A DNA stretch of 64,000 nucleotides from a virus (IMGVR_UViG_2636415645_000002:19760-83759), one strand, 5' to 3'; shown: positions 47,419 through 56,846, numbered from the stretch's first letter. The notes: generated by a model from the sequence alone, not told the origin. A program made the numbers and translations.

Positions 47419-48714
47419 TTAAACCTCGCCCTTAACAAATTGTGGTTCTGGCTCGCAGGCCCCGCCGTTCAAGGCGTCTACGAGGTTTTGCGAATCTTCA
47501 TATCTAACACCTGTCTGCATGTGGATCGCCTTGAAGCCACGCTGATCTAACCAGTTGTGCCACTTCATCAGGGCAAGGCGGCGCTGCTCCTTGGCCTGGG
47601 TGTTGATGTAGGTGGAGGCGATCTTGCCCAGGGAGTGGTTGAGCAGCATCTCGCCGATGTGGCCGTCGACGCCGAGGTCAGTCCACGCGGTACGGGCCAC
47701 CTTGCGCAGGTCGTGACTGGTCCAAGCGCCCTGCCCTAGCCGTGTGAATACCGCGCTCGCCTGGTGATCACTGAGTGCCTTGCCACGGCGTGACGGGAAC
47801 AGGAGCGGCCCTTCGTAGCCCTGGGTGTTTTGCCGGATGCGGTATAGCTGTAGGAGCGAACACACCTGATCGGTCAGCGGTACCCGCAGTTCGGTCTTGG
47901 TCTTGGTGTGTTCTGCCGGGATGAACCACTCACGCTCTGGCAGCGCGATGTCGGCCCAGCGGGACTGGCGGGTCTCGCCGATCCGGGTGCCATGGCACAG
48001 CATCATCAAGGCCAGCATGGCGTCACCCGGCGCACTGTCGAAGCGCTCGGCCAGCAGGCTCACCAGGTCCTGCAACTGCACGTCACGCAACCGCGCCGGC
48101 TTGGGCAGGATCCGCGCCGTGGTGAAGTTGACGAACTTCATTTCCGCCATCGGATTGACCGGGATCAGGTCCAGCTTGCGCGCCTGACGGAAGGCCACCG
48201 CGAGCAGCCGGTATAGCTGCTGCACGTAGGACAGCGATAGCTCAGCCTGGGCCGGCCACATCAGCAGCTTGTCGAGGGTCTGGGCGCTCACGTCACGCAG
48301 TAGCAGATCGTCCAGGCGGGGCTTGAGCTGGCAACTGATAGCCGACTTGCCCGCAGCTCGGCGCTTGTCAGACAGCGAACGCGACTTGGCCATGCGATCA
48401 CCGAACCAATCGAGCAGTTCACCCACGGTTACCCAGCCAGAAACACTGGCCGCGCCGTCGGCAGCGACCCGCAGGCGCACCGCCGGCAGTGCGGCGATCA
48501 CCTGCTTGGTATTCAGCTCGGGAAAGCCGCCGATGCGATGCCATTTGCGCTTGTTGAGCAGGTACCAGGAGCCGCGTGTGCGATTCTTGGCGAAACGGAA
48601 GTGCAGCGCCGGGTGGCCGGCGTCCCGCAGGTCGCGCACATGCTCAAGCTTGGCATTGCGGGCAATCTCGGCATCCGACAGCTTCACCGTCAGGGTTTTG
48701 ATTTGGGTGCTCAA
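47419..48714 (-). CDS. Tyrosine recombinase inside the replication/nin operon
   Basis: HGTRIGE, HTKTK, HDLRK and LNH...TY residues; TTG start overlapping upstream stop. Confidence 0.85.
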   Translation of the reverse strand: MSTQIKTLTVKLSDAEIARNAKLEHVRDLRDAGHPALHFRFAKNRTRGSWYLLNKRKWHRIGGFPELNTKQVIAALPAVRLRVAADGAASVSGWVTVGELLDWFGDRMAKSRSLSDKRRAAGKSAISCQLKPRLDDLLLRDVSAQTLDKLLMWPAQAELSLSYVQQLYRLLAVAFRQARKLDLIPVNPMAEMKFVNFTTARILPKPARLRDVQLQDLVSLLAERFDSAPGDAMLALMMLCHGTRIGETRQSRWADIALPEREWFIPAEHTKTKTELRVPLTDQVCSLLQLYRIRQNTQGYEGPLLFPSRRGKALSDHQASAVFTRLGQGAWTSHDLRKVARTAWTDLGVDGHIGEMLLNHSLGKIASTYINTQAKEQRRLALMKWHNWLDQRGFKAIHMQTGVRYEDSQNLVDALNGGACEPEPQFVKGEV

Positions 48715-49019
48715 GCGCTCACCTTTCCTTCTTTGATCAAAATGGCCTGAGTCCGCAAGACGGCCTCGGCGTGATAGAGGCGGATCTCGTCGTAACTCAT
48801 GCCCAGGGTGTTTCGGTTGGTGCGGCCATCGCTCAGGCTGTGGCAGTACTCGCAGGCCCAGGCCCCAATCAGGTCCGGCGGCTTCATGCCCGTTCCGCAG
48901 ATCCCCGCCAGGCGGTAATGGGCCAACACAACGGTTTCGGTGTCGCCAGGACAACCCGGCAGGCGGACCTGGCAATCTCGCCCGCGCGCGGCCTTGGTCA
49001 GCTTGGTCTGGCGGGTCAT
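48711..49019 (-). CDS. DUF1364-like putative nuclease
   Basis: ARGRDCQVRLPGC...VLAH...GAWAC..CH. Confidence 0.85.
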   Translation of the reverse strand: MTRQTKLTKAARGRDCQVRLPGCPGDTETVVLAHYRLAGICGTGMKPPDLIGAWACEYCHSLSDGRTNRNTLGMSYDEIRLYHAEAVLRTQAILIKEGKVSA

Positions 49020-49225
49020 GGGGCAACCCTCTGGACAGTGCGAAGATCAACCACTTGATACGTCTCTGGCCACATCCCTGAGCCGTATCGAGCAGCCATG
49101 TTGCGGTCAGCAAAAAGCGCCAGGGCATGGTCCGGCGTATCGCCCAAGTCGAACTTGAACGAGCAGCAAAAGACGGCGTATGGATAGAGGTGAGGGTCGG
49201 GCGTTGCTAGGAGGCGATCAGCCAC
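49016..49225 (-). CDS. Small hypothetical protein
   Basis: GTG start after GGAGG; overlaps neighbours. Confidence 0.5.
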   Translation of the reverse strand: MADRLLATPDPHLYPYAVFCCSFKFDLGDTPDHALALFADRNMAARYGSGMWPETYQVVDLRTVQRVAP

Positions 49226-49907
49226 GGGAACCTCCCGCAAGTTGGGCGCGGAGCTCGGCCAGTGCTCCCCTCCCCACTTCTGGGGTGATCCGCCCGTCAA
49301 CCTTGGCAGGCAACGCCTTGGGCATGGGCTGAAGCGGCAATCCATCAAGCAGACGGCGAGTTGTTATCGTGTAGTTACGCTCGAATAACTTGAGGCTGAG
49401 CGCAGTGTCGAGCTTGTTCAGGCTCTCAAACCCGCACTCTTTGGCCGTGTGCCATACCGCGTCGTGCGACCACTTCCCCTGGCCGGCCATGCTCGGGTGA
49501 GCATTTCGGACCGCTTCGCGGTGAGCGGCCGCAAGCGATGGCAGTCCGAGCATTTCGGGCGACGGCTTGCACCACTCGATGAACTGCCCAGGGCTAGGGA
49601 TGAAATCGGACACCTGCTTACGGGCCTTTATCATGCCGAACTCGATCTGCCCCTGAGTGTGAATGCCCTCGTCGAGGAACGCCTGCATCCACTGGACCTT
49701 CGCAGCCCGGTAGGTCTCCTTATCGGGCCATGCCTGGCGCCAGGCTGAGCGGATAAGGCGAAGCTCAGTGAATAGGTCGTTGATTGCGGAGGCCATTTGG
49801 CGGCGCCCTTCGTCCTGGGGCGAAGCGCTTTCGTCTGCCGAGATAAATTCGCCTGCCTTGGGGTTGGCCCAAAGGCCCTGGGTTACGACGGATACCTGCT
49901 TCATCAC
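49218..49907 (-). CDS. Replication protein P-like
   Basis: FIPSPGQFIEWC motif. Confidence 0.82.
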   Translation of the reverse strand: MMKQVSVVTQGLWANPKAGEFISADESASPQDEGRRQMASAINDLFTELRLIRSAWRQAWPDKETYRAAKVQWMQAFLDEGIHTQGQIEFGMIKARKQVSDFIPSPGQFIEWCKPSPEMLGLPSLAAAHREAVRNAHPSMAGQGKWSHDAVWHTAKECGFESLNKLDTALSLKLFERNYTITTRRLLDGLPLQPMPKALPAKVDGRITPEVGRGALAELRAQLAGGSRG

Positions 49908-50656
49908 GATTGCACCCCGTTCTGCCAGTCAGTGCTGTCATCGTCGAACTCAGACGCTGGTACGGCCTTCTGTCGAATGGGCGTGACGTTGTTCGCTGCA
50001 GCGCGAACCTTGTCGTTGTTCACCCACTTGACCAACATGCTCACCCATTCGGCTTGGGTATTTACTTGGTGTTGCGGTTCATAGTGAGCAGTGAACGCGA
50101 TGCGCACCTCTTCGGTGAACAGGTCGAGGGCCAGGCCACGGTGGAATGCGTAGGTGGTCAGTAACTTTTCGTCCGGCACCCAGTCGAGCGTCATCTCGCT
50201 GGGCATTCGAGGGTCAACAGGCTCCTGCGCAGAGATAGGGTTTTGATCTTCTCTTCTCTTCTCTTCTTTAGGTAACGCGCCGCTAACGCTTGAACCGTTA
50301 CCTTTTGCGTTACTTGCCTTGTGGTTTGCCACGCGCTTTGCCGTGAGAAGCCTGTTTTTAGCGGTCTTGCCGTTGTGTCGGTCGAAATGAGGAAGGCTGA
50401 TAACACCGTCCACCTCGATCATCCAGGCCACCGATTTCATGTGTTCGCAGAAACCGATAACGCCAACCAGACGATCAAGTAACTTTTTGCTAACGCTTGG
50501 AGCGTTACCATTTTCTGTTTGTTGGTCGAACCAGCCCCATACGCGCATCAGCTTTCCGACTACAGCATCGGGGTCGATATCGGCCAGGTCAGCGATCTGG
50601 CAGACCTCGGGCTTGTCCAAGGTGGTGAGTTCGAATTTGATCCAGTCGCCGGCCAT
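49904..50656 (-). CDS. Replication initiator (O-like, DnaT-like C-terminus)
   Basis: MAGDWIK...DKPEV...FDRHNG..AKNR. Confidence 0.82.
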   Translation of the reverse strand: MAGDWIKFELTTLDKPEVCQIADLADIDPDAVVGKLMRVWGWFDQQTENGNAPSVSKKLLDRLVGVIGFCEHMKSVAWMIEVDGVISLPHFDRHNGKTAKNRLLTAKRVANHKASNAKGNGSSVSGALPKEEKRREDQNPISAQEPVDPRMPSEMTLDWVPDEKLLTTYAFHRGLALDLFTEEVRIAFTAHYEPQHQVNTQAEWVSMLVKWVNNDKVRAAANNVTPIRQKAVPASEFDDDSTDWQNGVQS

Positions 50657-51354
50657 TACGCGGCCTCCTGCAGAAGTTCAGCGAGGCGTGTGAGCCCCTT
50701 TGGGGTGATCATTGGATCGAAGGCGGCGCGCTCTAGGCCGGTCTCTGGATCAGGCTTCAGGGCAGTGACCTTATGGGTCATATATCCGGAAGTGATGCGC
50801 GGCTGGTATGCAACCCAGCGCTTGCATCCATGGCGGCGGAATATCCAACGATTCTGTTCGAGCCATGCAAAGAGCCGAGATGGTGCAATGCCAAGCTGTT
50901 TGGCCGCGTCAGTGATGCAGATAGCTCCACCAGCGGCCGCCAAACGCTTGATAGCCGCTACCTTTGGCGCCTGAACTGAAACCAGGCGCTGTAGCTCCCC
51001 GTTCTTTTCGGCCAGGTCTGCCGCGAGACGCAGCGCGTCTGGAAGGGTTTGAGGAATAGCTACGTGTCGCGACACGTTTTCTAGTTCCTGAAGACGTGTC
51101 ACGACACGGTGTCGAAGCGGGACGCTGTAACCGGTCAGTAGCGTCATAACGAGATCCGGCGGGAGCAGATACTCGGTTTGCTTGCGATTGGATGAGTCGA
51201 AATAGATGCATCCAAATTTGGATGCATCTATGTTCAGCTCTGCCAGGTTGGTCTTGATGTCACGCACGACATGGTGATGCTGCTTCCCGGTCAGGTCAGC
51301 GACCTCCCGGCTGGACATAGTGACGGTATTGCTTGGAGCGACGAGTGTGTTCAT
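50656..51354 (-). CDS. Rha-family / KilAC antirepressor
   Basis: MSSREVADLTGKQHHHV; PQTLPDALRLAAD; ITPKG. Confidence 0.88.
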   Translation of the reverse strand: MNTLVAPSNTVTMSSREVADLTGKQHHHVVRDIKTNLAELNIDASKFGCIYFDSSNRKQTEYLLPPDLVMTLLTGYSVPLRHRVVTRLQELENVSRHVAIPQTLPDALRLAADLAEKNGELQRLVSVQAPKVAAIKRLAAAGGAICITDAAKQLGIAPSRLFAWLEQNRWIFRRHGCKRWVAYQPRITSGYMTHKVTALKPDPETGLERAAFDPMITPKGLTRLAELLQEAA

Positions 51355-51422
51355 AATGGCCCCACAAGTTTTATTGCTGTTGAAAAGACCGCCCTGCCAG
51401 GCGGTTTTTTTATGCCTGCAAT

Positions 51423-51845
51423 TCAGGCTGCCTTCAGTGATTCGCGCAGGATGTGTAAGGCTTCGATGGCTTCCTGAATGGCTTTCTCGCCCTGCGCTTT
51501 CTCGTGCTGGCTGATGTGGTTGTCAGCGGCCGCGTCGAAGATCAGTCGGCCAACATCACCGCATTCGGCGGACAGGTGGCCCAGGGCAACCATCAACGGT
51601 TTGGCCACAGGCTTTTCACGGGCGACCAGCTCATAACCAAACTTGTCTGCGAGTGCCATCAAGGGCCGCATGTCGCCGGTATGCAGCAAGACACCGAACA
51701 GATGCTCGATGGTGAGGTGGTGAGCGGAGTTATCCGGGTTCGAGCGCTGCAGCAGGCTCACATGCGCAAGACACATCTTCCCCGCCAGCTCCTCTGCCCC
51801 ACTTTCCTTGATGGTGGTGTGGCAAGCCCTCAAGAAATCTTCCAT
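51423..51845 (-). CDS. Phage regulatory CII-family protein
   Basis: LLQRSNPD...HHLT...ADNHISQHE; position after cro. Confidence 0.72.
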   Translation of the reverse strand: MEDFLRACHTTIKESGAEELAGKMCLAHVSLLQRSNPDNSAHHLTIEHLFGVLLHTGDMRPLMALADKFGYELVAREKPVAKPLMVALGHLSAECGDVGRLIFDAAADNHISQHEKAQGEKAIQEAIEALHILRESLKAA

Positions 51846-51927
51846 TCGTAAAACCTCAAATTTGTTTCCGTGGCGCCTTTGCAGTGCTAAGGCGATCATT
51901 TGGTCAATGGAATGCTGATCGGGGATG

Positions 51928-52182
51928 TCAGGCGGCGGTCTGCTCCGCAGCCTCGCCTGTCGCAGAAATGATCTGCCCCCATGGAAAAGATGGGCAAAGA
52001 TCGGCGCGATTTACGGCGCCACCGGTCAATGCTTCGATTTGAATCGCACGCTTTGCGGGAACAGGTCGCTCGCCGGAGCACCATTGATTAACGGTGGGTG
52101 CAGTGACCTTCAGCAGGCGCGCCATTTCCACCTGACTACCCAGCAAGCGAGATGCTTCTTTGGCCGCTTCTGCTGACTTCAT
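51928..52182 (-). CDS. Cro/YdaS-like repressor
   Basis: GSQVEMARLLKVTAPTVNQW...DLCP. Confidence 0.88.
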   Translation of the reverse strand: MKSAEAAKEASRLLGSQVEMARLLKVTAPTVNQWCSGERPVPAKRAIQIEALTGGAVNRADLCPSFPWGQIISATGEAAEQTAA

Positions 52183-52212
52183 GAGTTCTCTCCTGGAGAT
52201 TTATGCCGAATA

Positions 52213-52285
52213 TAAGGCATTACCTTATCACGGGCAAGCCATTGCCTAACCAACAACGCAATAGGCTTAATTAGGCAATGCTTAC
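52213..52285. promoter_or_regulatory. Prophage 2 OR operators (TWAGGCAWTRCYTWA-like)
   Basis: Copies at 52213-52227, 52235-52249 and 52271-52285. Confidence 0.7.
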
Positions 52286-53138
52286 CGGACCAGAATTAGG
52301 CGCCGCCATTGAGGCCGCGCGGATCGCCAAGGGCGTATCGAAAAAGAATCTCGCAGACGACTTCTCCGTGAAGCCTCCGTCGATACAAGGCTGGGTGAAA
52401 AACGGAAGAATCGATAAATCAAAGCTGATGGACGTGATCGCCTACTTCTCCGATGTCGTTGGCCCTGAGCATTGGGGGCTACGCCCAGGCTTCTCCTACG
52501 AAAACCTCGAGGAAGCTAACGAGGACTCTTCTGGTCAGCGCAGTAATGACGGGCAATCAATGGCTTCGTCTGCAGCGGATATGGTCCGTCAGATGTTGGC
52601 GACCAAGGGCAAAAGCCTTTCAGAGGATGCTCGGAGCAGGCTGCTGGCCGCAGCAGAGCAGAGCGACTCAGGAAACGTCATACACGTCGACTTCTCTCGC
52701 CCAGGCCAAGTAGGCGACGAGGTATGGATTGCCCACTACGACGTGCGCGCAGCGATGGGCGGCGGGCAGATACCGCACGAATTCCCAGAGATGCTTCAAG
52801 ACATACGGGTCAGCCCCAAGCATTTGCGCGAGATGGGTGTCACGTTTAAAGAGCACTTCCACCTCAAGATGATCACCGGGTGGGGTCAATCGATGGCTCC
52901 GACGATCAAAGACCGTGACCCACTACTCGTAGACATCACGATCCGGGAGTTCACCGGGGACGGCATCTACCTCTTTTCCCACGACGAGATGCTGTACGTG
53001 AAGCGCCTGCAGAAGAAAGGAAAGGACCGCTTCAAGATGATCTCGGACAACAAGCACCACGACGCCGAGGACATCCGGGTGGATGACACCCACATCCTTG
53101 CTCGAGTGCTTTACGTGTGGAACGGACAACCGGTATGA
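52278..53138 (+). CDS. CI-like repressor (HTH + S24)
   Basis: N-terminal HTH; AAMG, GQSM and VKRL motifs. Confidence 0.92.
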   Translation: MLTGPELGAAIEAARIAKGVSKKNLADDFSVKPPSIQGWVKNGRIDKSKLMDVIAYFSDVVGPEHWGLRPGFSYENLEEANEDSSGQRSNDGQSMASSAADMVRQMLATKGKSLSEDARSRLLAAAEQSDSGNVIHVDFSRPGQVGDEVWIAHYDVRAAMGGGQIPHEFPEMLQDIRVSPKHLREMGVTFKEHFHLKMITGWGQSMAPTIKDRDPLLVDITIREFTGDGIYLFSHDEMLYVKRLQKKGKDRFKMISDNKHHDAEDIRVDDTHILARVLYVWNGQPV

Positions 53139-53142
53139 CGCT

Positions 53143-53382
53143 ATGTCCTTGACCAAGCCAAACCAAGACCTTAAGCGCGACCTACAAGGCATTGCCTCCG
53201 ACCTCAAGTGGTCAGCCGTAGAGCTGATGAGGGTCGCGGAGCGACTTAGCCTTGCAGGGAATGAATCGGACGCCCAGGCCGTGCTGAGGTTGTGCGCCGT
53301 GTTTCATGCGGACGAGGATCGGCTGGCGGGGTATGTGGACGAGGTGAAGGCAGGAAGGATTTTGCGGGGAAAGCCTGAATAG
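53143..53382 (+). CDS. Small hypothetical protein
   Basis: 79 aa directly after cI. Confidence 0.6.
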   Translation: MSLTKPNQDLKRDLQGIASDLKWSAVELMRVAERLSLAGNESDAQAVLRLCAVFHADEDRLAGYVDEVKAGRILRGKPE

Positions 53383-53427
53383 AAGGCACAACGGATCTGA
53401 GCACTCGATCATCACGAAGGAGCGATT

Positions 53428-53949
53428 TTGGTGACAATCATCAAGTTCAGTTACAGGGATGCAAAGGGCGATCTGAGTGAGCGCGAGCTGATCCAGTGGT
53501 CAGAGAACTCGCTCTACATTCAGGGGAGGTCCGCGGCAGACTCATTCCCAAAAACATTCAGGAAAGATCGCATAGTTGAGGTTTACTTTGGGGCTGAGCT
53601 GCTGCTGAACGACGCCGCGCCACCTGCTCCCAAGCTGCTGCCAAAACCACGTCCAGCGGACCTGGCTGCATCGGCCGCCACTTCCCACCATCCACAGCCA
53701 AAGACACCACCCGGCGGGATTAACCAAATTCTTTTCACTGGCTTTGCGGCGGCTCACCGCGCCGAGCTTGAGCAAAAGGCAATGGATTCAGGACTCAAAG
53801 TTATGAGCACTCCTGGAAAATCTCTGACTTTTCTCTGCTATGGCGACAATGCCGGGCCTACGAAGGTTTCGAAAGCACAGGACGCCGGAGCATTCATTAT
53901 TGATGCAGAGCAGTTTCTTAGCTTGATAGCTATCGGCGAGATGCCTTAG
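53428..53949 (+). CDS. WYL-like + BRCT domain protein
   Basis: FSYRDAKG..SER...KTFRKDRI N-terminus; ILFTGF...GDNAGPTKVSKA BRCT C-terminus. Confidence 0.7.
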   Translation: MVTIIKFSYRDAKGDLSERELIQWSENSLYIQGRSAADSFPKTFRKDRIVEVYFGAELLLNDAAPPAPKLLPKPRPADLAASAATSHHPQPKTPPGGINQILFTGFAAAHRAELEQKAMDSGLKVMSTPGKSLTFLCYGDNAGPTKVSKAQDAGAFIIDAEQFLSLIAIGEMP

Positions 53950-53973
53950 CAGGCATAACCCCATGCATTACAG

Positions 53974-54002
53974 AAAGCCCGCCAGCGAGCGGGCTTTTTA
54001 TT
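53974..54002. terminator. Bidirectional intrinsic terminator
   Basis: AAAGCCCGC-CAGCGA-GCGGGCTTTTT between convergent genes. Confidence 0.75.
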
Positions 54003-54007
54003 GTCCA

Positions 54008-54319
54008 TCAGAAAGGCGCCGCCTCTTCTTCTGGCTCAAACTCGACCTCTCCCCTTCCCGCCTCCTCGACTTCTTGCTGCTCCCATCTCACCGTCACGCT
54101 GCCGTCGTCATTGAGCGTGAGCTCAAGCTCGGCCGTCTCGGCGATTACGCCCAACACCTCTTCCCACTCCCGATCCCCGTCCGCGTCAAGGCGATGAATG
54201 GTGACCCAACGCTGCGCCTGCGCGACCGGGTGATTGATCATTGATGAAACGCGCAGCCCGAGCCGTTCCATCCCGCTCATTTCCTGCCGTTCCTCCGGTG
54301 CCGCCCGCTTCTTTGCCAT
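54008..54319 (-). CDS. DUF1654-like protein
   Basis: ERLGLRVSSMINHP.AQ...DDGSVTVRW. Confidence 0.75.
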   Translation of the reverse strand: MAKKRAAPEERQEMSGMERLGLRVSSMINHPVAQAQRWVTIHRLDADGDREWEEVLGVIAETAELELTLNDDGSVTVRWEQQEVEEAGRGEVEFEPEEEAAPF

Positions 54320-54341
54320 GAAATCTCCTCCCAGATAAATG

Positions 54342-54357
54342 CTGTATATCCATACAG
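54342..54357. promoter_or_regulatory. LexA (SOS) box
   Basis: CTGTATATCCATACAG. Confidence 0.78.
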
Positions 54358-54358
54358 A

Positions 54359-54483
54359 TTAGGCGAAGCTTATATCAGGGTTGCCGAGAAAGTCATCTCC
54401 CAAAACGGAATAGCGCGCATACCTACATCATGAAAATAATTAGGCATTACCTATTTACATATGATTAGGCATTAGCTTATTGT
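54359..54483 (+). promoter_or_regulatory. OL operators and pL-like promoter
   Basis: Operator copies at 54359-54373, 54440-54454 and 54465-54479; TTTACA...TATTGT. Confidence 0.68.
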
Positions 54484-54524
54484 TCTTTCCATAGCAGTGA
54501 CACACCGCCACTGCTGAGCACCAC

Positions 54525-54536
54525 CGCTCTTTAACA
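54525..54536 (+). promoter_or_regulatory. boxA antitermination element
   Basis: CGCTCTTTAACA matches the nut/rrn boxA consensus. Confidence 0.7.
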
Positions 54537-54777
54537 GTCAGCGCAACAAACAACAGACCGCATTGCCTCTACCGGCGACCGGCGAGCAGACAGGCCCGAA
54601 AGCCTGCCAACGACAGGGAAAACCCTGTACGGCTGCCCGATGGTGAAACGCCAGAACCGAGTGAACGACCCGGCAAGCAATGCGCCCCGCCCCTTCCGGC
54701 GGCAATAGGAGGGAAAGCATCACTTCTGCACCTTGGAAACAGGGTGCAGCGGGATGACAACCGAGAGGTAACAAGCC

Positions 54778-54939
54778 ATGAAGCACGCTACAGCGATCTC
54801 CCAGCTCGAAACCCACGCATCCAACTGCGAAAACAACGCAGCCATCCAGGAGCGCGAAGGCGAACACGAAAGTGCCGCCACCAACCGTTCCAACGCTGCC
54901 GACTACCGCCAGGCAATCGAAGCGCTGCAGGCCGAATAA
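54778..54939 (+). CDS. 53-aa first gene of the pL operon
   Basis: GAGG RBS; MKHATAISQLETHASNCENNAAIQEREG...; below ORF-track cutoff. Confidence 0.65.
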   Translation: MKHATAISQLETHASNCENNAAIQEREGEHESAATNRSNAADYRQAIEALQAE

Positions 54940-55117
54940 GCATCACCTCTGCCCATTCGATGAGTGGGCTTTGGGATGCGGACGAAAACCCGGCGCGCGC
55001 CGGCCACCTGCATTAAACCCACACAGCACGGAGGATTGGCAGCCATGTGAATCACAACGAACCCTAGACGCCACAGCGTCGACCGCGTGACGTAGGGAGG
55101 TCTACGAAACGCACTGA

Positions 55118-55144
55118 AAGCCCGGTTTCGACTGGGCTTTTTTA
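55118..55144 (+). terminator. tL1-like terminator
   Basis: AAAGCCCGGT-TTCG-ACTGGGCTTTTTT. Confidence 0.75.
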
Positions 55145-55245
55145 TGGCTCGCCTTTACCCGTCAGCACCCTCCCCTGGGCCCACCGGCACATACCAGGCG
55201 GTCAGGGTGCTGACGAATAAACGCAACCACAACCAAGGAGTCGGC

Positions 55246-55608
55246 ATGAACCCAGCCATCCAACAAAGCCAAGTCGTTCTGCAGGCCCTGCGGGAACGTG
55301 TTTCGCTTTCCACTTCGGAGATGTACATGAAGATCGGTCGCGACCAGCCAGTGAAGGTGCCGCGCTTCAACGTGGTGCCGCTCGGCAAGAACCTGTTCGA
55401 TGTGGTGGAGCGCTCCACAGGCGTTTCCCGCGGCGCACGCACCGGCCACGACGGAGCATGTCAGTACGCCGATCAGCTCGAGCGCAACGCTGACTTCTTC
55501 AATGCGGCCAAGGCCACGTCGAAGCGCTTCGGTTGGCGGATGGTTCGCTGGACGGCCGGCTTCTCGGCGCTGCTTGTGCTGTTCGCCTACTACGGTGCGC
55601 AGCCATGA
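55246..55608 (+). CDS. Hypothetical early protein with C-terminal TM
   Basis: AAGGAG RBS before MNPAIQQ. Confidence 0.65.
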   Translation: MNPAIQQSQVVLQALRERVSLSTSEMYMKIGRDQPVKVPRFNVVPLGKNLFDVVERSTGVSRGARTGHDGACQYADQLERNADFFNAAKATSKRFGWRMVRWTAGFSALLVLFAYYGAQP

Positions 55609-55919
55609 TCGGCGAACCAATGCCGGATCCACGGCGCTCGATCATCGACGAGCTGAACCAGCAGATGGAAGCGTTCTTCGGCTCTGGCAAGAAAGCCCAG
55701 GTCATCCCGAACGGCGTTGGTGTTGACGGCCCCTACAACGGCACCACGGCACACCACGAGCGGCTTCGGAAAGAACGCGACAAGCTTGCCCCCGCCGTGC
55801 GCGCCGAAGCCGCCAAGGGTGCCGTGGCAAGCGTGGCAGCGAAGAACCTGGGTATGCATATCAAGCGCGTGACGCTGATCGCCCAGGAGAACGGCTTCAA
55901 GTTCGCCGACACTCCATGA
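55605..55919 (+). CDS. Hypothetical early protein
   Basis: ATGA overlap; C-terminal HTH-like segment. Confidence 0.6.
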   Translation: MIGEPMPDPRRSIIDELNQQMEAFFGSGKKAQVIPNGVGVDGPYNGTTAHHERLRKERDKLAPAVRAEAAKGAVASVAAKNLGMHIKRVTLIAQENGFKFADTP

Positions 55920-56000
55920 GGCGGATCAACAACCAGGTGCGACAACGCCGGCGCCAGGCATGGCTTGATTTGCCAGCACATGAAATCGAAGAGGTAGGCC

Positions 56001-56312
56001 ATGGCCAAGGACAACGCGCAGATTCAGCGGGACAAGCGCTTGAAAGAGAAGGCGCTGCTCGACAGGATCGGCGCCGAGAAACGAACGCTGATTGTCTCGA
56101 AAGCGCTCGATGACGCACTTCAGCTGCTGGGCGATCGCCACGACTTCGAGGAGTGGCAAGAAACCATATCGACCTTGCTGATCAACTTGGCAGCAGCGCC
56201 CGCCGAAGAATCTGCCCGCTTCATCACCATGTCGCGACCTGCTTTCGCAGTTACCGAAACACAGTCGCGACAGCTTGAAGAATTCCGCAAGACCGGCATC
56301 GAACCCGCATAA
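56001..56312 (+). CDS. Hypothetical early protein
   Basis: GAGG RBS; MAKDNAQIQRDKR. Confidence 0.65.
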   Translation: MAKDNAQIQRDKRLKEKALLDRIGAEKRTLIVSKALDDALQLLGDRHDFEEWQETISTLLINLAAAPAEESARFITMSRPAFAVTETQSRQLEEFRKTGIEPA

Positions 56313-56369
56313 CCCACCCTACTCGCTGCATCCGGTAACCGGAGGGCGGCGCTTACCCGGAGTAACCCC

Positions 56370-56846
56370 ATGACCAAGCAAGCACAGCAAATAGTACTCG
56401 CCGCCGAACTCCCTGAGCGTGGCCAGCCACTGGCCGGCGGCGTGTTCATCACCCGCTACTGGCTCAACGGCGTCGAGCGAGCCCTGATCCAACTGCCTGA
56501 CGAACTCGTCGGGCCCTGGGGCGAGTACGGCGTGAAGATCAAAGGCGCCGACAGCTACAGCGACGGCGAAGCCAACACCCGGGCGATGGCCGAGGCCGGC
56601 AGCGTGATCGCCATCAAGGCTCTTGAGTTGGGTGGGCACATCCCTTCCTGCCTTGAGGGGCAGCTGGTTAAGGCGGCACAGGCGGACGGCCTGGTAACGA
56701 TGAACGAAGAGCGCTTCCACTGGCTGAGTACGCAGCGCTCCGCCGACTACGCCTACTTCATGGTCTTTGGAGGTGGCTGGCTCCACTACGACGGCAAGGT
56801 CAGCGAGCGGCTCGCGCGCCCTGTCCGCAGTCTACCTATTCAGTAA
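56370..56846 (+). CDS. DGR target 1, DUF1566-like C-type lectin fold
   Basis: HWLSTQ...AY...F..G......K....ARPVR; carries VR1. Confidence 0.88.
   Translation: MTKQAQQIVLAAELPERGQPLAGGVFITRYWLNGVERALIQLPDELVGPWGEYGVKIKGADSYSDGEANTRAMAEAGSVIAIKALELGGHIPSCLEGQLVKAAQADGLVTMNEERFHWLSTQRSADYAYFMVFGGGWLHYDGKVSERLARPVRSLPIQ
56731..56830 (+). repeat. DGR variable repeat VR1
   Basis: Aligns without gaps to TR 58142-58241 with 14 mismatches, all at TR adenines. Confidence 0.95.

Noticed and set aside
47419-49128. 569-aa recombinase marking a prophage boundary
   Set aside because: The N-terminal extension overlaps the DUF1364-like gene, so the start is more likely 48714; gene order continues uninterrupted on both sides
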